From contig NC_043012.1 in NCBI RefSeq assembly GCF_006345805.1, positions 51,274,001-51,338,000 of the forward strand: a DNA stretch of 64,000 nt, written 5' to 3'. This document shows positions 1 to 14,420 of this stretch, piece by piece. How positions within the stretch are numbered: the stretch's first letter is position 1; each line of letters starts with the position of its first letter. The stretch is from Octopus sinensis. Its lineage: Eukaryota. The position numbers were made by a program, and so were the translations under genes. Under the pieces are notes generated by a model. The model was given only the letters and a program-made list of their open reading frames with translations. It searched no databases and was not told the DNA's origin.

Positions 1-149
1 TAGGAGCTGCTGTCATAGATTTTGCAGTAGTAACTAAATTTCTATTTGCCTTCGTTTGGGTTCTTGACATAATATACTTAACTAAAAGGTGATCAAGCTA
101 CTTGATCCGTATAATGGGATAATATCAGTTAAGCAAAGTATATCATTAA

Positions 150-900
150 ATAATGAATGCTTGATTATATTACGAGGTAGAAGAAAACAACATTTTATAT
201 AGTCTGATTTATGAATGTAATTCGTTTTGGCAGAGACATTAATAAAATACGACAAACTGTGACAGAGACTAATCTAAAATTAATTTTAATTCGAAGCAAA
301 AGAAAACGACGTGAAATCTGAATGGAGTTTCTTACTCACGTTGTTTGGCAACCAACTAACTATATCCTAATAGTTAGCAATCTAATGGACAGGAAACTCT
401 TTCTTTTTATATAAGATATAATTAGAATCTTAGACCAGAACAATGTGTAGGTTTAATATTTTATAAAATTGCAATCTAGGTTCGTATATGAAATGCAAAC
501 TGGTGGAATTCAAATATGCTCTTTGAAAACTAATATCAATACCTCTACATGTTTAGATGAATAAGTCCTATGAAGTTGTGGATGGTTCAAAAGAAGTTCA
601 AAGCTATAATTAGAGTTAAAGTGGTGGGCAAATATCTTCACATTTAATGAACACCGAATTATCCAACTTAGGAGAGAAGTAGATCATGTGTGCCTTAGAA
701 AAGTAATTTCATTCCGTTTGGAATATCTCCACGGTGAAGTAAAAAATCTGACACGTTAAGATAAATAGTATGTATTCGTTATGATGTAAAAAGTTTAAAT
801 AAGCAAAGACATTTGTGGGTTTCAATTATTACAAGACTGACAGGCATTTGTATTTACTCGTTATATATTATAAATTTACAATTCAGAACGATTTAAAATA
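150..900 (-). pseudogene. Very old, degenerate PLE-like RT relic (tentative)
   Basis: Manual minus-strand translation gives broken peptides such as IQMPVSLVIIETH..LFKLF and NHPQLHRTYSSKHVEVL, in the order and spacing of PLE RT motifs (Q..G.AMG..., HP.IKFT..S...FLD); many stops and frameshifts. Confidence 0.3.
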
Positions 901-1296
901 TTTGGTAGAAACATTAAGTTGAGGTGGTATTATTTTACGCGTTATTATATTTAAAACTGTATGTAATGCAAACGACGTCCGTACTTGAGGAACGGTGACG
1001 CAAACATTTCGGGAATTAGTCTCTTACTCTGATAAAGTAGATGATAAAATGAGTGTGGTCGCAGGACCGTTGATGTTGGTGTGATGACTGCTTTTGAGAG
1101 GCAAATGAAATTTACCTGCAATATGGGAGCATTTCAGGGTATCATTGATATTTTTTCGTGTATTCCCTGCAGTTATGGGGAAAAGGTATAACTGGGCGTC
1201 TAAGATGTCCTTTTGCTAGCTAATTGCTTTCGAGTTGCATCCGAAGATGTAGAACCAAATGTTAGTGAGTCAAGTTTTAATCTGAAGCCGATCATT

Positions 1297-1500
1297 TGAA
1301 TATGTATATATACGTACTCATGTATATATGTATGCATGCATGTATGTATGTATGTATGTATGTTTGTATGTATGTATGTATGTATGTATGTATGTATGTA
1401 TGCCTGTATGTATGTTTGCATGCGTGCATGTATGTATGTATGTATGTATGTATGTATATATGTATATACATGCAAATATGTATATATGTATGTATGCATA
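1297..1500. repeat. (TATG)n microsatellite
   Basis: Long tatg tandem array; explains the MYVC/HTYI ORFs. Confidence 0.95.
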
Positions 1501-1599
1501 CTGCTTGCGACTCAATAATTTTCAACCATTTCTGCAGAGTGTGACGATAATTTCTTCATCCTCCTGACGGGAGGACCACACGAACAAAAAATGTTCTTG

Positions 1600-1740
<141 letters not shown>

Positions 1741-2002
1741 TAATGTACTACACTGTGATACAAAAATTCGATACTGAAGTACGAGGAGATAAATATTATT
1801 TACAGTCCTATATTTAATGGATCAGGAGTTATGTATATTATTTACATTATTTACATTATTTACATTTGACGGATATTTTTTGTCCTCATTTTGTTTGTTG
1901 CTAACGGTTATATGGCGTAGTGGTTAAAAGTGCGGGCTACTAACCACAAGATTCCGAACTCAATTCCAGGCAGTGATCCGAATAATAATAATAATAATAA
2001 TA

Positions 2003-2657
<655 letters not shown>

Positions 2658-2680
2658 ATAATAATAATAATAATATAATA

Positions 2681-2716
<36 letters not shown>

Positions 2717-2748
2717 TAATAATGATGATAATAATAATAATAATAATA

Positions 2749-2798
<50 letters not shown>

Positions 2799-2847
2799 CA
2801 TCAAAAAATACCTTAGGAATGAGAACCCTGGTTCGAAATTTCCCCAA

Positions 2848-2889
2848 GACACCTGATGAAAGTTGGGGTTATAACAGCCGAAACATGTT
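2848..2889 (+). ncRNA. Degenerate type I minimal hammerhead ribozyme
   Basis: GACAC-CTGATGA-A-AGTTG(loop)CAGCC-GAAAC-ATGTT; core boxes intact, stem II imperfect, stem III/cleavage triplet damaged. Confidence 0.6.
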
Positions 2890-2972
2890 AACAACAAACA
2901 AGATGAAGCCAAATATGCGTGCAATGTAAATAATAAAAATATTTATTTAAAGGTCATAATACATGTCTTTAC

Positions 2973-3024
2973 GTGCAACTAATAGTTTATGTTGAGAAAT
3001 GCCTTGAACATGTTCATCAGACAC
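2973..3024 (-). ncRNA. Hammerhead relic in the 3' region of the degenerate PLE
   Basis: Minus strand: GTGT-CTGATGA-AC-ATGTT(loop)AACAT-AAAC-TATTA-GTT-GCAC; stems I, II and III pair, but G12 of GAAA is missing. Confidence 0.55.
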
Positions 3025-3244
3025 AAATCACACCTTATAACGAATTCAGAAATTGAATAAAAGAGAAATATGTAAAAACAGACCAGGTAGCGTATACAAA
3101 AGGCGGAAAGTCTTAAAAAAACGGGAAACGAAAAAATAAAACCTAAAGTGTAAAAAGTACATTAGACCATAAATTATAAAGCTTATGAGATATCAACAAG
3201 TTAATCAGGAATAGGTGGTATTTTCCTGTTCTTCAATATATATT

Positions 3245-3795
3245 CATATATATGCTTGCAATCGCTGAGAATTTCAGACCTAGTGTTCAGTAAATTGTTA
3301 GAGATCTTAGATCAGAACAAGATCTGAGCTCTTTCAGCTTCACAAAACGTACATTTATTCCATCCATTAATATAAGGTACGGATTTACCAATTATTTTCC
3401 GTTTAATCACATGTATTTCGTTTTCTATCTAACTCCATACGGCGCTAGCCAGTTTAGTAGCTTTGGTTTTTACCGTTAATCGAAAGGAATCTATGTGATA
3501 AGCATAGCTTGTTTTTTAATTCCTCTTCATATAATCAAAATAGGTGTTCTTATTTGTTGTATTATTATCTAAGGGTGCAATGACTTTAGCCTTATATTTG
3601 ATGGATTTAAACATACATCGTTGGTCAAGTGGTCAAGTGGATGATTTCACAGAATTCCTATTAAATATTTTCCTATATCTGTGAGTTGCTGGGATGTGCT
3701 TGTCTAGAAAAGACAGGAATATTTTACCCATGTTAGTTTTTGTAAAAGAAGTGAGGCGAATCAGGTAACTTTCCTTGTCCTATTTTTAGGCCTCT
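3245..3795 (-). pseudogene. Degenerate PLE (second lineage): RT C-terminal linker + GIY-YIG endonuclease
   Basis: Manual translation: KNRTRKVT*F..TKTNMGKIFLSFLDKHIPATHRYRKIFNRNSVK, then PLDQRCMFKSIKYKAKV...AYHIDSFR..KATKLASAVWS...PYINGWNKCTFCEAE..LLNTRSEILSDCKH; typical PLE motifs with stops and frameshifts. Confidence 0.8.
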
Positions 3796-3954
3796 TATTA
3801 TTGTAATTCTAATTAATATTAGAGGGTTTATGTATTACTATTATAGAAGGGGGCTGCTTTCTCGAAACGTTCTTTAGGGAAGGAGAAGTTAGACGCTATT
3901 CTATCAGTCTCCTTTGCCAAACTGATAAGGTGCAGAAATGTAAACACACCATCA

Positions 3955-4170
3955 CCGATTAGGGAGACAAACACGGACACAAAGACAAAGACGTAGATAT
4001 ACATATCGATTTACACAAACACGGCTAGATTCTTTCAGTTTCCGTCTACCATATCCACATCCACTGACAAGGAATTGGCTGTCCGGAGGGTTTAGTAGAA
4101 AATACCTGACCAAGGTACCACGCATTGGGACTGAACCCCGAACCATGTGGTTGACAAACAAACTTCTTAT
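3955..4170 (-). mobile_element. tRNA/CORE-type SINE family D (partial)
   Basis: Homologous to 49060-49310 (ttctttcagtttccgtctacc...gggactgaacc...catgtggttg). Confidence 0.8.
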
Positions 4171-4174
4171 TACG

Positions 4175-4579
4175 TTATTGTCCACAAGGCTAAACATAGG
4201 GGGTACAAACAAGGACAGACAAAGGGATTAAGTCGATTAGATCGACCCCAGTGCACAACTGATATTGAATTTATCGACCCGGATTGACGAAAGGCAATGT
4301 CGACCTCGGCGGAATTTGAACTCAGAACGTAAAGGCAGACGAAATACCTATTTCTTTACTATCCACAAGGGGCTAAAACAGAGAGGACAAACAAGGACAG
4401 ACAAACGGATTAAGTCGATTATATCGACCCCAGTGTGTAACTGGTACTTAATTTATCGACCCCGAAAGATGGAAAGGCAAAGTCAACCTCAGCTGAATTT
4501 GAACTCAGAACGTAGCGGAAGACGAAATACCGTTAAGCATTTCGCCCGGCGTGCTAACGTTTCTGCCAGCTCGCTGCCT
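4175..4579 (-). mobile_element. tRNA-SINE family A, tandem dimer
   Basis: Two roughly 180-bp units; on the minus strand the head has GGCGAGCTGGCAGAAACGTTAG (A box) and GAGTTCAAATT (B box); repeated at several loci. Confidence 0.9.
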
Positions 4580-5449
4580 GCTTACCACATGGCCGCCCCT
4601 GTATATATGTGTATATATAATCAGAGGAATTTGAAAAAATGTAGTATAGATGTGTAGTTTGTCATATTTATTTACACCGTATATCAGCTACTGGATCATT
4701 TCCTGTAAGATAAATAATACAACTAAAATGTATTATTTACTTATCTTCCCTTTCTTTTACACGTAACATTCAAAACATTTCTGTTATTGTGTCTGGTGTA
4801 GAAATGACTCAAAAACAACTACCAATGTGTATAAATTTAATGTGTTCTATTGTGTAAAATTTTAATACGTCATTGTATTTAGAGATATTTAATAGTTTAT
4901 GTCCTTTGAGGTAATACTATTTTGCTCATTTGAGAAACGAAAAGCGAAACACCATCTCTCATCGGTTGAATCTCACCAGAGAATACATTACTCGTGTCAG
5001 ATATTATAATAAAACATATTCTCTTATATAATCTCTCTAACTTCGAGTTGCAGAGCGTTGTGTCCCAATATTTCAGGTTTGTTGCAGTCGTCTAAACCAT
5101 AACAGTCGTCATCTGTAAATGGGTAACGTGACAAAGTATAAATTTCGAGTGAACCAATTAAAACTTTTCTTGCTTGGCGTTTCACATACGTCCACGATTC
5201 TGCAACACGATATTGGAACCGCTTCCAATTTTCTGATTCCAAGCATCCCTTTGAATCCACACCGTTCAACATATTGTGAGGCATGTAGAGGAGTATATAA
5301 TATGATTTCCTGCCGTTGAAATCGTTCGAAATATTTTAAAGTTAATATTTTTTCATGTTTCCTTTCACAGCGTCATAACTGTACGTCACAAGTAAAATCA
5401 CGTGAACGTAAAAATATTATATATTCATATAATTATATAATCCTATAAT

Positions 5450-5637
5450 GAATGTAGAATTAATATTATTAAAAAATACCAATTTGAACCAGTGATCAGC
5501 AAAATACTCCGAGGAGTAAATTATATTTAAATATAAATATGAGGAGATACCTCTAAGTGGATACTGTCTATGCTAAAAATAGACGTCTATTTTTAGCATA
5601 CAAGGAATTCACTTAGTGGTCTCTCCTTTTATATTTA
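5450..5637. mobile_element. Palindromic insert with 16-bp flanking direct repeat
   Basis: Perfect 32-bp palindrome 5569-5600 inside an imperfect one at 5531-5640; TATATAATCCTATAAT at 5434-5449 and 5638-5653. Confidence 0.65.
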
Positions 5638-5839
5638 TATATAATCCTATAATATAAATAATAACACTATGATGTACGCATATTAATCAAGTACATAAGC
5701 ATTGGCACGCACATAACAAATGTTCAAAGATATTCTATACATCAATTATACATTAGAAATTATAAACATGTCATGCTCACGTTATACAACACATTACATT
5801 TAACACAACTACGTATGCACTTCTACGCGCACATGTACA

Positions 5840-6135
5840 TTCTTTTCCTTGGTTTTAACCCGAGTGTTGCAGCCAATCTGGGGCACTGCAATTTTCTTTG
5901 CTACACTTTCACTAAACCTCCTCTGACGTGTGGTATTTGTGAATGGGTGAGTTTGACGTTGCTGCCCTCGTCTGTGTTTTTCCTCTAAGGTAGATTCATC
6001 TAGTATTCTCCACAGGAGGTCCAGTTTTGTTTTGAGAGTACCAACATTCACGCCATGCAGGTCTCTCAGGCTTTGTAAGAGGATATTCAAGAGCTGTGTG
6101 CCCTTGACGCACAGAGCTGTGAACCCCTGAAGCAT
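5840..6135 (-). mobile_element. CR1/L2-group LINE 3' fragment
   Basis: Peptide KGTQLLNILLQSLRDLHGVNVGTLKTKLDLL resembles the ORF2 C-terminal G..LFN.LP..LR......FK..LD motif. Confidence 0.6.
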
Positions 6136-6804
6136 AAATAATATGCTTATCTATACACATATAATCATTTACGCATATTCATATTCATACTAAGTAATAT
6201 GAATAAAACAAATAGCTATGCACATATATACACACATATTCTAAATATTTAGTAACAATATAACATTAAAGTTTTAAAAAATAAAATGATGTAACATAAA
6301 CTAATGAAAAGCATTAGGAAAACCAGTCTATATAAAACAGTAGAGATGAATGGAGGAAATAGAGCGGAATCCTAAAGCTGAGAGAAAAGCAGCAATAGAA
6401 GGGTCAGCGAGAGAATTCACTCACTATGGGACATTCCCTTTATAGGTGTCCATAGCACATTACGTTCAGTTCAGAATCCTCCGATATTACATACTGTAAA
6501 AAAACTGGTGGTATTGAAGACATTGGAATTTACAGAATGTTTAGACTATAATGAATCACTTATAATCTCCTATTTATTAATAAAATTAACGTAGGTGTGC
6601 TTCAACCAACTCAATCAAGTAGCAGTTAGTTTGTTTCAGATACATTGATACTTCATTACTCGGACTTTGCTGTCACTATTATATGTTAGTGACGTATAGT
6701 TATTCTAGATATAGCAATAGGGTAACTGTAATGTACTTCCACAGGAAAAATTGTCCTCCGAGTTTGTCATGCCCAACGGACATTCTTAAATTCATCTTTT
6801 GTAT

Positions 6805-6935
6805 TCCATGGCAGAAGGCAATGGCGAACTTCTGCTCACTCTTTCACCACAATTTTCTCTCCCTCTTTTCTCTGAATCTTGCGGCTCACCTGCGACGGAC
6901 CGTCCAGGTGGATAATCTATACGCCAAGGAAACCG
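6805..6935 (+). mobile_element. SINE family B, 3' fragment
   Basis: Matches 37710-37836 (ggcagaaggcaatggcgaacttctgct...gccaaggaaaccg). Confidence 0.8.
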
Positions 6936-6974
6936 TACATGTATGTATGTATATATATATATATATATAATATA

Positions 6975-7005
<31 letters not shown>

Positions 7006-7013
7006 ATATATAT

Positions 7014-7096
<83 letters not shown>

Positions 7097-8573
7097 GTAT
7101 GTATATATGTATCTCTCTCTCCCTCTCTCTCTCTTTCTTACACACACACATACGAACGCACATATATATAGGAAACACTTATGGTTTTAGACAGGCTACG
7201 AATCAGGTAAATACACTCCCTCTATGTGTTTAATGACAAAATAACTGCATTTACGGAGAGAATTATGTCTGCTCGAGAAGCTAATATCAATAATAGAAAA
7301 AACTTTTATTTAACTATAATTCCTATTGTCGAATAGCTACATCTAACTGTATCTGTTATAAAATACCAGTCTGAAGGTTTCGTTTGTTTACTTTCAGTTT
7401 TCTTTTTATATAGAATATTCTGTAAATCTGAAATCAGTGTACGCGATCAAATAATATTTTTCTCCGACTTTCCGCCATTTAAAATTAGGCCAGAGGATAT
7501 TGTCTGCGTTGAAGGCTTTAACACATTGAGGTGTATGTATGTTATATTATGATGAATGTATGCGGTACATTTTGTTAGATGTATATGATATATGTTGTTA
7601 AATGTATTACAATATATTCTGCGATTATCATTATTCTCCGATTATTTCATCATTTTCTCTTTTCTTTTATTTGGCAAAAACTGTCTATAAAATTCTCATT
7701 TTTTTCTCCATCTCATTCTTATTCCTTCAAAAGTATTCTAAAATAGATAACATAAAAAAAAATTTGACTGAACTATTATTATGTCAATTACATCTTTTAT
7801 AATGAATAAAACAGAACTTTTGAATCAAAGATGTTGTACTGCTTTGAAAAAAATATTTAACAAAAAATATTCCTTAACATATAATTATGGAAAGAAAAAC
7901 GTCTGTTTTCTTTTTACCTTTAATTTATATATACATTTGTTTTTTAAATTTTGTTTTCTAAAATAATTAAAATAATGAAAGAAAAATTTAGAAAGGAAAA
8001 TTATTATAATAAAAACGATTTAACTCCTTTTGGGAAGAAACTAATAACTAACTTCATAGTATTTGTTTTCTGTCATTGAAGACAATAGTATGGAGAGAGA
8101 ATAAAAAGTAAATGTAATAACAACTTTAAGTAGAATTTCGTGCTGATCTATATTATTATCCGGGCAAGCTATTATGGCAAATATAGACCTCAGTCTCTCG
8201 CTAATCAATCCTTGTCGAGACATCAATATTATAATTCTGGATGTTATATCATCTGATGTTTTACAATCAAATGCATTTATCTATTTTGTCATTATTTATG
8301 AAAGAAACAAACAAAGAATACCAGTTTTTGTTTGTGTTAACAGATAATATAATTCACTTAAAGCAACTGAAACCTCTCACTTACAATAATATATTCATAT
8401 ATTCACGCTATCTGGTAGAAAGTAAAGAAATTGTTCGTATGTGACATGATTGAAAAAACACTTAAGAAAAGTTTGATCGGAAATTAATAAATATACTTCA
8501 TCTAGAAGTAGGATTGGGGTAAAAACCTTCATTACCCAAGTTATATTGTTCTCTATAGTTCTGCTTATATGAC

Positions 8574-8968
8574 TTGAAGCCAGATATAGTCTTAATTGAG
8601 AAACAAAGCAAACTATGCTGGATCATAGATATAACATGTCCAACTGACAAAAACGCATGCGATAAAGAAGAAAGAAAAGTCGATAGGTATGACAGGTTAG
8701 CGTTGGAGGTAAAGCAGTTGTGGTCGATGAAAATGGTCGTATTGGTACCAATAATTGCCGGAGCCCTAGGAACATTGAGTAAAAATGTCGAGAAATACAT
8801 CGAACAAATAGCGGCTGCAATAAGTGTGGAAAATTTGCAGAAAGCAGCAATGCTTGGAACCGCCTGAATACTCTGGAAGGTGCTCGAAAAGTAAAAGCTG
8901 TTACCTTAGTTCACATGTAGAGAACAGCTGACACCGTATTACGTCTCCAGCATTAGAAGCTGTGCAAA

Positions 8969-8971
<3 letters not shown>
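8574..8971 (+). mobile_element. R4/Dong-clade non-LTR retrotransposon 3' end (restriction-like endonuclease)
   Basis: KPDIVLIEK...IIDITCP..KEERKVDRY..VPIIAGALG..LQKAAMLGTA matches the PD..D..K.KY REL domain; followed by a short UTR and a (TAA)n tail 8972-9058. Confidence 0.85.
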
Positions 8972-9043
<72 letters not shown>

Positions 9044-9058
9044 TACAATAATAATAAT

Positions 9059-10200
9059 TCTCTCTTTATTGGTCACCAGGGCCTAACATAAAACATAGAA
9101 GGCGATACACAGACGAAGGGCAGTAAGGTTAAACGTCTAAACAGCAAACAAACATAGCGATTAAAAAGAGATTAGATCAACAATATGCTTCTTTAATAGG
9201 GGGGAATTCCACCGTAAGGTGACCAAAGAGACCTCACGCCGTTTTGGCGCCTCAACACCAACGGCTCCTCAGGAAGGCACCCTCCCTTCTCCCTTCAATC
9301 TAGCCTACAGGCGCACACTTAGAAGAGACCCATTCATGCGAGCCATGCTTTCCACATTCACCTACCATTCAACGAACGTACTGGGTGACAGTACCTCTCG
9401 CTCGAACCTCACTTTCCTTTTCATGTGGAATCTGAAAAATTCAATTAGGTCTTTGCCAAAGAGGAAGGTACCCGTCTTCAAACCTTTCAATCGTATCTAC
9501 GAAACAACCCCCTTTTGTCATAGAAAAATTGCCCTCCGTTCCCGGACAAAGGAAGGAGGTGGAGTGATATTCACAATGGACTCGGACGATAGCCACATTC
9601 GTCTTGCAAGGACAATAATTGTTCGACAAATCTCCACATGTGAGCTATGCTCAGACGCTGTACGAGTGCATGCAGAACAGTTTTATCACTGTGTGCATCT
9701 CGGAGAAGCCCGACTGACTGCATACCCATTCCTGTAGAGCTTACACCGAACTGGCAATGCCACAACTCCACTTAGTAGCACTGCCAGGACTGGGATTTCT
9801 GGAAGTAATCCATAGTTTTCGGCCCGAGAGTCCTCCGGAAGAAACCAGCCAGTTGATCTTCCTCGACGCCCAGGACCCCTCAGAGTACGTCGTCGCTATT
9901 GCCCTCCACTGATTCCCTATAGAACTCCAAGGTTGATCTTCGACCGACTGCATTGCCCGACTGGCAGAGGGCTGTAAGCACTTGGAGACACCCTAGGTCC
10001 AGAAAATTGACGTCTGACAAGAGGCACCCTCCACGGGAAGTAGAAGAGCAAACCATCAGCCCGTTCCGCCACGAAGTACGGTAGGGGACGACAGTCAGGC
10101 GGCAGTATATGATGGTTTCGAAGTACGCATTCGCCAGCTCCTCCCGAACTACAACCCGAGCAACTTCATAGGTCTTTCCGTCCAGTGCCCCACCACGCAT
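9059..10200 (-). mobile_element. L1/Tx1-like LINE 3' fragment with C-terminal zinc-finger region
   Basis: Frameshifted minus peptides (LPVR.KLYR...PRC..DKTVLHALVQ..IAHMWRFVEQLL); 3' end has AATAAA followed by (ATT)n. Confidence 0.65.
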
Positions 10201-10215
10201 CATTTATGGGATAAG

Positions 10216-10310
<95 letters not shown>

Positions 10311-11301
10311 GTGTGTGTGTGTGTGTGTGTACGTATATTCATGTATAATATTCAAAAGTAAAACGATGACAGTGATTTTGCTATATTAGTATGCTTGGAT
10401 TTACCATACTTTGATTTATGTTGTTTTGGCTTTATATAGCCTTTGCGACGAAGAAGGTTCGTAAAACTTACCAATATCCTTTTACCAGTAACGTATGTGA
10501 ATTGATATTCTAGTAATCATTCAATATTTTTAAGGTTCCATTTAGAGATTGCGTATAGCCATGGTCTCTGGTTAAATCATAGTTTGTAAATACACGTAGC
10601 TCTTCTGGAATTACTGAAATCTTTCTTCATTTTATTAATGAGATTATTTTTTAAAATCATTTAAATTAACATACCAGAATACAATTTTGGTATTGGTATG
10701 GCATTTTGTTATATATTATAGAAATAGTCACCTCAACCTTGAATTCGTATATTAGTTATTATTCCTAAACGATTGAGCATATGGATATATAAGAACTGAA
10801 TTTTCGAATAATTTTTCATAAAACACAAATATATAATCTAGTTACTGCGTTTCAAATTCTAGATGTGCTAAAATTACGCAACCTTTGTCAACCTTACAAA
10901 AGAGAGAATGAAAATTATAAACGTACATATTTCAACAATTATTGCTTGCGCATTTACATAAACAATTGAACATAAACAATATGTACATCCGTACATATAC
11001 TTGCATAAACGTATGCTTGTAGACATATGTATAAAACATATATGTGTATGTGTGAGTATGTGTGGCTATGTATTATGTGTGTATGTGTGTATGTATGTAT
11101 GTACATATGAATCAATGCGCGTGTGTGACTACGTGTGCTTTCGATCTTCTGCTTGCGCATGTGTGCGGAAATGCTTCCAAACTCCGGAACAATTCATGAC
11201 AGGAACAATGAAGAATCCTATTTCCGTTCAAATATTGTGGACAGAAAACAAATAAGCATCGGTAAGTGAAATATATATATATGCAGGTATGCATATATGT
11301 A

Positions 11302-11342
<41 letters not shown>

Positions 11343-12041
11343 TATATATACATACACACACACGCACACACGAACACACACACACACACGCAGATACACA
11401 CACACACACGCACACACACACATATATATATATATATAATTTGAATTCGCCTTAAATGGTCCCTTTGCATACTAAATACTTGGTGAAATTGATTAATTAA
11501 TTAATTTTACCCTCAATTGTTGAAATTATATATATATATATATATATATAAAGAGAGAGAGAAAGATGTATGTGTGTATGTATGGATGGATGGATGGATG
11601 GATATATATATATATATACATATAAGAAAATTCTGAAGCCGAATCGTTCGTGAATGAACGACAAATGTTTCGAACATCTGCCCCATATGCATACATCTAT
11701 ATCCATCCATCCATATATATATATATATATATATATGCGTGTGTGTGTGTGTGTGTACCCTTCCAATTGGAAATATTCTGCTTACATGTCTTCGGCTTGA
11801 TTAATGATCAAACTCACAATGTTGTTTCCATTTGCTTTCAATTTAATCTTATTTTAGTCTCCTCTTTGCATTCGTCACATTTTACATTCATATTATCTCG
11901 AAAAATTTCAATTGCTGTTTTGTTTTGTTTATCCCAACTGTTATTCTTTCCACTGTTTATTATTGACATTATTTGCTTCGATATTTTATTTTATTTCGAT
12001 AACATACAAACATGTATACTTACGTACACGCACACACACGT

Positions 12042-12124
<83 letters not shown>

Positions 12125-12376
12125 ATATATATATGTATATATATTTATATATATATTTATATATACACACACACACGAACACATTCTTTAACTGTTATTG
12201 TTCCTGCTGTCACTGCGAGTATTCTAACGCTCTGTACTTTTCTTGTCTCTTCTTTATCTTATGTATATATATATGTATATATATATATACATATATATAC
12301 ATATACATTGTGACGTGTGTGCGCGTGCGTATGTATGTATATCTGTATATGTATATATTTATATACATATACATAC

Positions 12377-12424
<48 letters not shown>

Positions 12425-13067
12425 TATATATATTATATATATATATATATATACAGAAATATATATACACGCATGAATGTGTGTATCTGATGTCTCAGAT
12501 GATATTTTAGCATTTTTTTTCGATATTTTGAAAATCTTTTTCTTCATTCATTTTTTACCCCTGAATTATAAGCACAAGTGTAAAGTGTATTGCTTTCAGT
12601 TCCAATGCTATTAACATCACTGCATCCAATATACTTCAGTAATTTAACTTCGTTTCACATATTCTTCTATTTTATTCACATACTTCAATTTACTTTGCGC
12701 AACCATTCCATTTCAATAAGCTAAGTTCTCCCACTCATTTTATCGCTTCCTCTTTAACTGCTCACTATCTCTCACTCTCTCTTCTCCTTTCTATATTCCA
12801 TCTTCATTTCTGTCGATTTGTCTTTTTTGTCCAATTTAGCACACTTAATCCCTCTTCAGAAAAAAATACACATTTTTCACTAAACAATCATTGTGTCCAT
12901 GTTATTTTTTCTTTTACTCAGCTACCAAATCTCATTAACACCTTACTTTAGAGGTCCACTCCATTCTTTTCTTCTTCAACTATTATTGTTCTTGTTGTTA
13001 TTGTTTTGTTGTTGCTGTTGTTAGTGTTGTTTTTGTTGTTGTTGCTCTCCTTTTTCTTCTTCAAAGG

Positions 13068-13069
<2 letters not shown>

Positions 13070-13130
<61 letters not shown>
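13070..13130. repeat. (TTA)n microsatellite
   Basis: Direct; similar tracts at 19517-19615, 52960-53105, 57203-57295. Confidence 0.95.
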
Positions 13131-13133
<3 letters not shown>

Positions 13134-13929
13134 TCTTTTTGAGAAAGTTTTTTTGTTGCTGTTACCGTTCTTTTGGTATCGGTTTGTCGCTAATTCGAAT
13201 AGCTCGTGAATTTTTATTGTCTTAACACACTTATTTCAAATTTTTTTTGCTCTGCTCTTGTTAACAAAACTGACCAGTATCCTAAGTAAGTGATCAAGTC
13301 CATTTTCTTTCTGTATTTCGGAACGCAATTTGTAAATTTATACAAAAATTTAACAAATATTATATAACACAAAGAAATAAATATATTTTTAATGGAATAA
13401 GCAATTTGGTGCCACAAAGAGGGGTGCATGGATGGCTATTCGAGCATCTATCACAGCAGACTTCACCGTAGTTTCCTGTCACTATTCTTATTGCCGTAAC
13501 GGAAGCAGCGGCATCACCAACGTCAACAACGAAAGCAAGAATAACTTGCCGAAGAAACACAAATGTTGTTATAATTATGATAAGAACAGAAGCTTCCCAA
13601 CAGCACCACCATCACTGCAATAGCGGCAACGTATATGAGTATCAACAAAACAGCGTCAGCGATAACACTCTCAGCAATAATTCATCTAATCAACACAACA
13701 AATAAGCCTCCAGACAATCTCAAATTTCAGTAGAGACAATGACACCATTACTATCGCCGTCACCACCTACACTGCCACTAGAAATGTAGAGTCCCACTAA
13801 CTTGATATCAATCTGTTGAACGAAAAACTGTGAAATAACTATCGCATGTGTAACGACGTTTCTCAGCTGATTGTCGATCTATGAGCCGTACAAAATTTAC
13901 AAGCGTCTAACAACTGTGTTTCCACACTT

Positions 13930-14420
13930 CTTGGCTTACAGTAGGTCCATAAACCATTCGCAGATCTTGTTACAGGGCCTCTAACCCAGCCGTTTTGCGG
14001 GGAGAATATTTTCAGCAACTATAGGCTGTTCCATTTACTCTAGTATTGTGACCACTCATTGAGATGTCATCAAATATATGTCTGAGCAATGATGACGTCC
14101 TCAATAAAGGCAATGAGTGCAACGGCTCTAACGACATCACAGGTCGTGTAGAATGTGTGGACGTTATATCACTCTGACCATCTATTGACATGGATTTTGC
14201 TGTGGAGAAATGTATAGGGATCATTTAGGAGAGTGGAGTAGTGTCCCGCGAAGTTAATACAAGAGTATGGCGACTCCATCTAAGACAACCCCATGATTGT
14301 AATTACCGGGACAATTATGACTTAAATAGCTTCTGCCACATCAGGTCTGAACACGCAAAACCACAGTGCATCACATCGTCAGCGATGAAAATACCACAGA
14401 ACGCTGGAATGGCTGTATAA
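13930..14420 (+). mobile_element. Old RTE-like LINE 3' relic (tentative)
   Basis: Broken peptides (LSNDDVLNKG; CCGEMYR; VPRS*YK) resemble the RTE ORF C-terminus in order. Confidence 0.3.

Noticed and set aside
7185-7212. Possible 16-nt microexon (ttttag ACAGGCTACGAATCAG gtaaat)
   Set aside because: Splice-like motifs arise often by chance; weak pyrimidine tract and no supporting exons or homology.
9219-9737. 172-aa plus-strand ORF
   Set aside because: Antisense to the L1/Tx1-like fragment; no recognisable domain.
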